Positions 59,261 to 64,000 of a stretch of DNA of 64,000 bases are shown here, piece after piece (position 1 is the stretch's first letter; each line of letters starts with the position of its first letter). The translations under genes and the position numbers were made by a program. Source of the DNA: Candidatus Entotheonellaceae bacterium (lineage in GTDB: Bacteria > Tectomicrobia > Entotheonellia > Entotheonellales > Entotheonellaceae); the NCBI GenBank assembly GCA_965238075.1, contig OZ250173.1, positions 2,496,001-2,560,000 on the forward strand, read 5' to 3'. The notes under the pieces were generated by a model. It saw only the letters and a list, made by a program, of their open reading frames with translations. It was not told where the DNA came from and made no database searches.

Positions 59261-60970
59261 CTAAACCTGCAAGGCTTCCGGCGCGGACACCCGCGATTCG
59301 GCAGGGCACGGCAGCATCACGCGCGCCCGGGTTCCCTGGCCGGGGGTGGACTCGAATACCAGGTTGCCGCCGTGGTCGCGCACCAGCGTGTAGGTGATGG
59401 CGAGGCCGAGGCCCGTGCCGCCCTGCTCCTGCTTGGTCGTGAAAAACGGATCGCATAGCCGTTCGACGTTTTCCTGCGGGATGCCGATACCGCTGTCCCG
59501 AACGTCGACCTCGACATCGTGGTCGTCCTGATTATAACGCGTGGAAACGGTCACCTGTCCGCTTTCTCCCGGCAGCGCCTCCAGGGCATTGGTGATGAGG
59601 TTGACCACCACCTGCTCAATTTGTTGCATATCGCCTTGCAATGGCGGCAGGCCGTCGGCGAGATCGACCTGGAAGTCGGTCGTCTTGGCGACGCGGTGGC
59701 GCAGCAGATTCACTGCCCGTTGCACCGCCTCGTTGACCTGCAAGGTGGCCTGCACGGCCTGCTGCCGGGGGCGCGCGAAATCTTTCAGATTGCTGACGAT
59801 GCGTTCGATGCGCTGCGCGCCGACGTGCATGTCGCGGATAAGCGCAGGCACGGTCTCGCGCATTTCCGCGTACGGCAGCCCGCCAATGAGAAACTCGCCG
59901 TTCTCGTCGTGGTAATCCTCCAGAATGTGCTGCGCATCGCCCCACGCCTCGGCCAGCACGCGCGCATTCATCATCGTCAGATTATTCGGGTTGTTGATCT
60001 CGTGCGCCACGCCGGCAACCAAGGTGCCGAGCGCGGTCATCTTGTTGGCCTGGATCAGTTGCAACTCCTGCTCACGCGCTTTCTCTTCGAGGCGCGTGCG
60101 TTCGTCGATCTCACGGCGCAAGTTGGCATTGGCGCGCCCGAGGTCGCGGGCGTTGGCGCGCAGGCGATTGAACAGGTAGACCAGATAGGCCAGCAGCACG
60201 ACGGCCACCAGATACAGCAGGATGCGGTAGGTTTGCGCCCGTGCTTCCATCTGGCTGTAGTACCGCAGCGAGGCGTCCCGCAGCGCTCGCACCCGTGTCG
60301 TGGTGGGAGCCGCCAGCAGTTGACGCAGCAGGGTATCCACTTCCGGCAGCACGTCGACGATCAGGTGCCCGTGCAAGGCCAGGGTGTGCAGATCGTGCTG
60401 TAACATGGGAACGCCGGTCATTTGGTTGAGCGCCGTCTTGATTTCGTTGCTGACGGCCCGCTGCGGCGTGCGCACAAAGCGCAGCATGGCGTTGGACAGG
60501 GTGCCGATGGCCGCGGCCACGGCGCGGTCGTTCACTGCCGTCTGGGTGCTGAGCACGTGGCCGGTGTGCAGGAAATACATCAGCGAGTTGCGCAGCAGGG
60601 CGTTGTCGGCCTTGAAGTATTCGACCAGCGTTTCCTTCTCCCGCACGGCGCGCGACAGTTCCGCGATGTGCCCGCCGATGGCCGCGGCAAGCTCCTCGGA
60701 CGCCGCCGCGTTCCAGGATTCCAGGTCTTCCAGGGCGCGGTACAGCCCGTCTATCGCTTCCGACAATGAATCGTAATGGGGTAACAAACCGGCGCGGGCC
60801 AGTAGCACGTCGCGGTTCAGTTCGGCATCGTGCACCTCAAAGACGTGCAGCGCCTCGTACATGCGTTGCCGCAAGCCCACATCCGGGCTTCTGCTCTGAA
60901 GCAACAAAAACGTCAACAGCAGCAAGAGGCCGGTGACGACCAGAAGCCGCCTCCATGGGATGCCCATCAT
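59261..60970 (-). CDS. Sensor histidine kinase with an all-helical (DAHL-like) periplasmic domain
   Basis: Two TMs flanking a helical sensor (L.HYDSL, FKADNALLRNSL.YF), H-box AHEINNP, and N/G1/F/G2 boxes. Confidence 0.9.
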   Translation of the reverse strand: MMGIPWRRLLVVTGLLLLLTFLLLQSRSPDVGLRQRMYEALHVFEVHDAELNRDVLLARAGLLPHYDSLSEAIDGLYRALEDLESWNAAASEELAAAIGGHIAELSRAVREKETLVEYFKADNALLRNSLMYFLHTGHVLSTQTAVNDRAVAAAIGTLSNAMLRFVRTPQRAVSNEIKTALNQMTGVPMLQHDLHTLALHGHLIVDVLPEVDTLLRQLLAAPTTTRVRALRDASLRYYSQMEARAQTYRILLYLVAVVLLAYLVYLFNRLRANARDLGRANANLRREIDERTRLEEKAREQELQLIQANKMTALGTLVAGVAHEINNPNNLTMMNARVLAEAWGDAQHILEDYHDENGEFLIGGLPYAEMRETVPALIRDMHVGAQRIERIVSNLKDFARPRQQAVQATLQVNEAVQRAVNLLRHRVAKTTDFQVDLADGLPPLQGDMQQIEQVVVNLITNALEALPGESGQVTVSTRYNQDDHDVEVDVRDSGIGIPQENVERLCDPFFTTKQEQGGTGLGLAITYTLVRDHGGNLVFESTPGQGTRARVMLPCPAESRVSAPEALQV

Positions 60971-61995
60971 GATCCGTCCTCGACCGGGAGGGTCAACAAC
61001 TGTCCCTGGTATTCGCCGGTCAGCGTGTACAGGAACTGTACGATGAGCTCGATCTCCTCGGTGCGCAACGGCCTGCCGAGCTGTCGGGTGGCCATCAGGT
61101 CCACCGCGTTTTCCAGGGTCTGCACGCGTCCGTCGTGGTAATAGGGCGCCGTCACCGCCACGTTGCGCAGGCTGGGCACGCGAAAGACCTGCCGGTCTCG
61201 CTCGGCGCCGGTGGCGCCGAAACGGCCCGCATCATCGTCATCGCGCGGTCGGGTCTGGCTGCGAAAGATGCCGAAGCGCTGGAACATGTTGCCGCCCACG
61301 TTGACGCCCTGGTGGCAGGCGACGCAACCGTAGGATTTGAACAGGTCGTAACCTCGTTTTTCAGCATCGCTGAGTACGTCGGTATCGCCGCGCAGATACT
61401 GATCGAAGCGCGAATTGGGCGTGTTCAGCGAGCGCTGGAAGCTGGCCAGGGCGTGTCGCACGTTCGCCCGCGTCAGCCCGTCGGGGTAGGCGGTGTTGAA
61501 GGCGCTCACGTAGTCGGCGTTAGCCTGCAACTTGGGCAAAACGTCCGCCCAATCGCTGTTCATGATGGTGGGGTCGTGGATGGCGGCCTCGGCTTCCGCT
61601 TCGAGCGTACGGAAGCCGCCGTCCCAATGGAAGCGGGAGTTCAACGCCACGTTGAAAACGGTCGGGGTGTTGCGCGGGTGCAGGCCGCCCGTGAGGGTCG
61701 GCGGCCGTGACACACCGTCGCCGCCGCCCTGGTTGAGCCGGTGGCAGGTGGCGCAGGAAAAGGCGTTGTTACGCGACAGGCGCGCGTCGTGAAACAGCTT
61801 CTCGCCGAGGGCGACCTGCCCGGCATCAAGATCGGTGGAAAGAGGAATCGGGACGATCGGCTCGCTGTCCCAGGCGCCTGCCGGCGGCAAGGGGGTTTCG
61901 GCGTTCGGCGTCGGCGCGGCGCAGGCGAGGTGCAGCGCCATGACGGCCAGCGCGATTCGCACAACAACTGATTTGCCGATAGCCCACACAGTCAT
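60967..61995 (-). CDS. Di-haem cytochrome c peroxidase/MauG-family protein, probable lipoprotein
   Basis: CATCH and CVACH haem motifs, LGEKLFHDARLS, RNTPTVFN, WDG, FRVPSLRN..TAPY.HDG and a lipobox-like LAC. Confidence 0.9.
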   Translation of the reverse strand: MTVWAIGKSVVVRIALAVMALHLACAAPTPNAETPLPPAGAWDSEPIVPIPLSTDLDAGQVALGEKLFHDARLSRNNAFSCATCHRLNQGGGDGVSRPPTLTGGLHPRNTPTVFNVALNSRFHWDGGFRTLEAEAEAAIHDPTIMNSDWADVLPKLQANADYVSAFNTAYPDGLTRANVRHALASFQRSLNTPNSRFDQYLRGDTDVLSDAEKRGYDLFKSYGCVACHQGVNVGGNMFQRFGIFRSQTRPRDDDDAGRFGATGAERDRQVFRVPSLRNVAVTAPYYHDGRVQTLENAVDLMATRQLGRPLRTEEIELIVQFLYTLTGEYQGQLLTLPVEDGS

Positions 61996-62033
61996 TTCCA
62001 GCCCTTACGCATCCATGGTGAAACAAGGCGCGC

Positions 62034-62062
62034 ATGCTAGGCAAGGGCGGTATGGCTGTCAA
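62034..62062 (-). promoter_or_regulatory. Candidate sigma70 promoter of the CCP-kinase-regulator operon
   Basis: TTGACA-N17-TAGCAT on the minus strand. Confidence 0.6.
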
Positions 62063-62194
62063 GTGTGAGTGGCCCAAGGTCGTGGTGATGGCGCGGTTGG
62101 ATTGCTCAGCACAACTTGCCGATGACACTTGAGGCGCTACAGCATGCGATTGGTAACGTGGCGCCATATATTCGTTCCATATCAGGAGTGAATT

Positions 62195-62842
62195 ATGACA
62201 ACGTCACCCGATCTGACGCTCCGCGAAGCCGCCGAATTGGCCGGCGTCACGAAAACAACCGTCGAGAAAGCGGTGGAGGCGAAGGTGATTCGGCCTCTGA
62301 CCCGCCCTGCGCGTTTGCGCGGCGGCTCGACGCGCTACGTGCCGTTGCGGGCGGTAACCTATTTCGCGGCACTTAAGCAGGCCAATCTTGTTGATCTGCC
62401 CGTGCGCCTCAAGAAGGCGCTTTGGAGTGGACTTGTCCGCCTGGGGTCTACGGAACTCGCACCGGTCGAATTCTCGCCGGGCACGGTTTTGCATCTGGAC
62501 GAGTTGGCCAACGAACCTTTCGAGGCGGCGGTGCGCTACAAGGCATCGCGGGACGCCCATATCGTGTCCGACCCGGAAACGCTTGGCGGCATGCCGGTAA
62601 TACGGGGCACACGAATCACCGTGTACTCGGTGCTGGGACGCTTGCAAGACGGCGACAGTATTGCCGACCTGGTGGCGGACAATCCCGACATCCCGCGCGA
62701 AGCGTTCGAAGCGGCGGCCATTTTCGCGCGTGCGCATCCCCTGAGGGGTCGCCCGGGCGTAATGCGGCGCGCCGAAGGTCATGACGCCGCATGCGTCTGT
62801 TTATTAATGAGTGCCTGTCTCCGCAAATGGCCCGCGAATTGA
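62195..62842 (+). CDS. DUF433-domain antitoxin-like protein with N-terminal HTH
   Basis: LTLREAAELAG and IVSDPETLGGMPVIRGTRITV...GDSI..L..D.P motifs. AGGAG RBS. Confidence 0.8.
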   Translation: MTTSPDLTLREAAELAGVTKTTVEKAVEAKVIRPLTRPARLRGGSTRYVPLRAVTYFAALKQANLVDLPVRLKKALWSGLVRLGSTELAPVEFSPGTVLHLDELANEPFEAAVRYKASRDAHIVSDPETLGGMPVIRGTRITVYSVLGRLQDGDSIADLVADNPDIPREAFEAAAIFARAHPLRGRPGVMRRAEGHDAACVCLLMSACLRKWPAN

Positions 62843-63093
62843 ACGCGAGCGGCCAGCATGTTGCTGAGCACCCTCTGGATTTCGGGGGGCGTGGCGACCC
62901 CGACCACCGTGTGTTGGAACGGTGCATCGCTCACGGACTGGTCATTGTTACCGAGAACGCTCGCGACTTCCGCGCGCTTGTCGCAGCCGAAGACCTTCAC
63001 CCTGGTCTGATTATCCTGCCCTGTGTCGGCCGTGAGCGGTCTTTCGCGCTTCTCCGAGCGGCGATGGACTATCTTGAAACGATGGGGAACGCC
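62791..63093 (+). pseudogene. DUF5615/PIN-like toxin, 3'-truncated
   Basis: MRLFINECLS, D..V and VIVTENARDF...HPGLIIL. After ~63093 the ORF reads the antisense of parE. Confidence 0.65.
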
Positions 63094-63315
63094 GATGAAG
63101 CGCTTCATCACGACGAAGTAGCGGAACGTGTGCCCTGGCGGATCGAGGTCTTTGTTGGTGCGGCCGAGAAGGGGAGATGCTGCGAGAGTGTCCAGCGCCG
63201 CCTGGAACTGTTCGCGCAGCCGGCGAGCCGATCGGACGCCAAACGGCCTCACGGTGTAGGCCGTGATTTCCCTGCGATCAAGCCTGGCCGCCGTGGAGAG
63301 AACGACCCGACTCAT
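63094..63315 (-). pseudogene. ParE/RelE toxin, 3'-truncated
   Basis: [20 protein letters not shown]...FG...A...SPLLGR...FRYF. Lacks the terminal strand and LHG.RD-type motif, then runs into the antisense of the PIN gene. Confidence 0.7.
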
Positions 63316-63608
63316 TCGGACGCTCGGCGTTCGGCTTCTTCCAGAGCGTCCAGTTCCTCTTCCCATTCACGGAAGAAGGTCTCGCCGTCCACAACTTCGC
63401 CCCGGTCGAGTTGGCCGGCGCCCTCCCGGATGAGCGTGCGGAGCCGCGTGAGCTCGGCTTGGCGCCGCTCTTGTCGATCTTCGAGCAGTCGCACGGCTTC
63501 CCTTACCACCTCGCTCGTCGACTGGTAACGCCCCGAGGCGACGCAGGAGGCGAGGAACTCAGCCTGCTGCGGCGTGAAGGACACGCTTATGTTTTCTCGC
63601 TTCGTCAC
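63312..63608 (-). CDS. ParD-family RHH antitoxin
   Basis: ISVSFTP...[21 protein letters not shown]...LI.EG. GGAGGAG RBS. Overlaps the parE start. Confidence 0.9.
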   Translation of the reverse strand: MTKRENISVSFTPQQAEFLASCVASGRYQSTSEVVREAVRLLEDRQERRQAELTRLRTLIREGAGQLDRGEVVDGETFFREWEEELDALEEAERRASE

Positions 63609-63724
63609 CTAAGACTCCTCCATCTGTGCATAGATTGTCTGACATTGTAGCACACGGCTTTAGCAAGGCGCACTTCGGAAATGGGTGTCTCTCTCCGCCC
63701 CGGGGGCCGTCCACACTCAGAACA

Positions 63725-64000
63725 CTACACGGCGACCGGGAACTTGATAAACGGGTGGCAGCGGTAATCCAGCAGGATAAAGTCCTCGAAGCGCAGGTCA
63801 AAGAAGGGCTTGCGGCGGATTTGGACGTGGGGCAGGGGAAACGGCTCGCGCTGCAGTTGGGTGCGCAGGCCGTCCACGTGGTCGAGGTAGATGTGGGCGT
63901 CGCCAAGGGTGTGGACGAAGACGCCTGGTTGCAGGTCGCACTCCTGCGCCACCATCATGAGGAGCAGAGCGTAGCTGGCGATGTTGAACGGCACGCCGAC
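63725..64000 (-). CDS. thyA: Thymidylate synthase (C-terminal part; 5' end outside the window)
   Basis: [25 protein letters not shown] and C-terminal PVAV. Confidence 0.95.
   Translation of the reverse strand, partial: VGVPFNIASYALLLMMVAQECDLQPGVFVHTLGDAHIYLDHVDGLRTQLQREPFPLPHVQIRRKPFFDLRFEDFILLDYRCHPFIKFPVAV

Overview
GC-rich bacterial chromosomal segment from a diderm organism (Lnt, PilQ secretin, outer-membrane barrel); the lineage cannot be fixed from sequence alone. It is mostly housekeeping: DciA/DUF721, plsC, aroQ/aroB, pilMNOPQ, hflKC, purQ, purB, serS, gcvH plus a lipoyl ligase, lnt, ferredoxin, Mrp, GH15, pyruvate kinase, cspA, PPK2, an MMPL/LolA-like/barrel trio, a mycobacterial Sdh1-type succinate dehydrogenase and thyA. 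The best candidate for an undescribed system is at 57.4-62.1 kb. A sigma70-type promoter precedes an operon of a di-haem peroxidase-family lipoprotein with apparently altered catalytic residues, a helical-sensor histidine kinase and an NtrC-type GAFTGA activator. Directly downstream lie a near-consensus sigma54 promoter and a stand-alone, terminator-flanked 24-aa pqqA that the ORF track missed. Other oddities are a pseudo-receiver/pyruvate kinase fusion, a PilO-PilP fusion, a split PLD-nuclease/ATPase, a 1008-aa tandem-repeat coiled coil with a MotB/OmpA anchor, a candidate structured RNA upstream of rhodanese-mrp, a REP-like palindrome inside a CDS, a DnaA-box cluster, and two convergent toxin genes apparently truncated at one junction. 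No tRNA, rRNA, CRISPR array or transposase was recognised. All calls come from reading motifs by eye; no searches were run.
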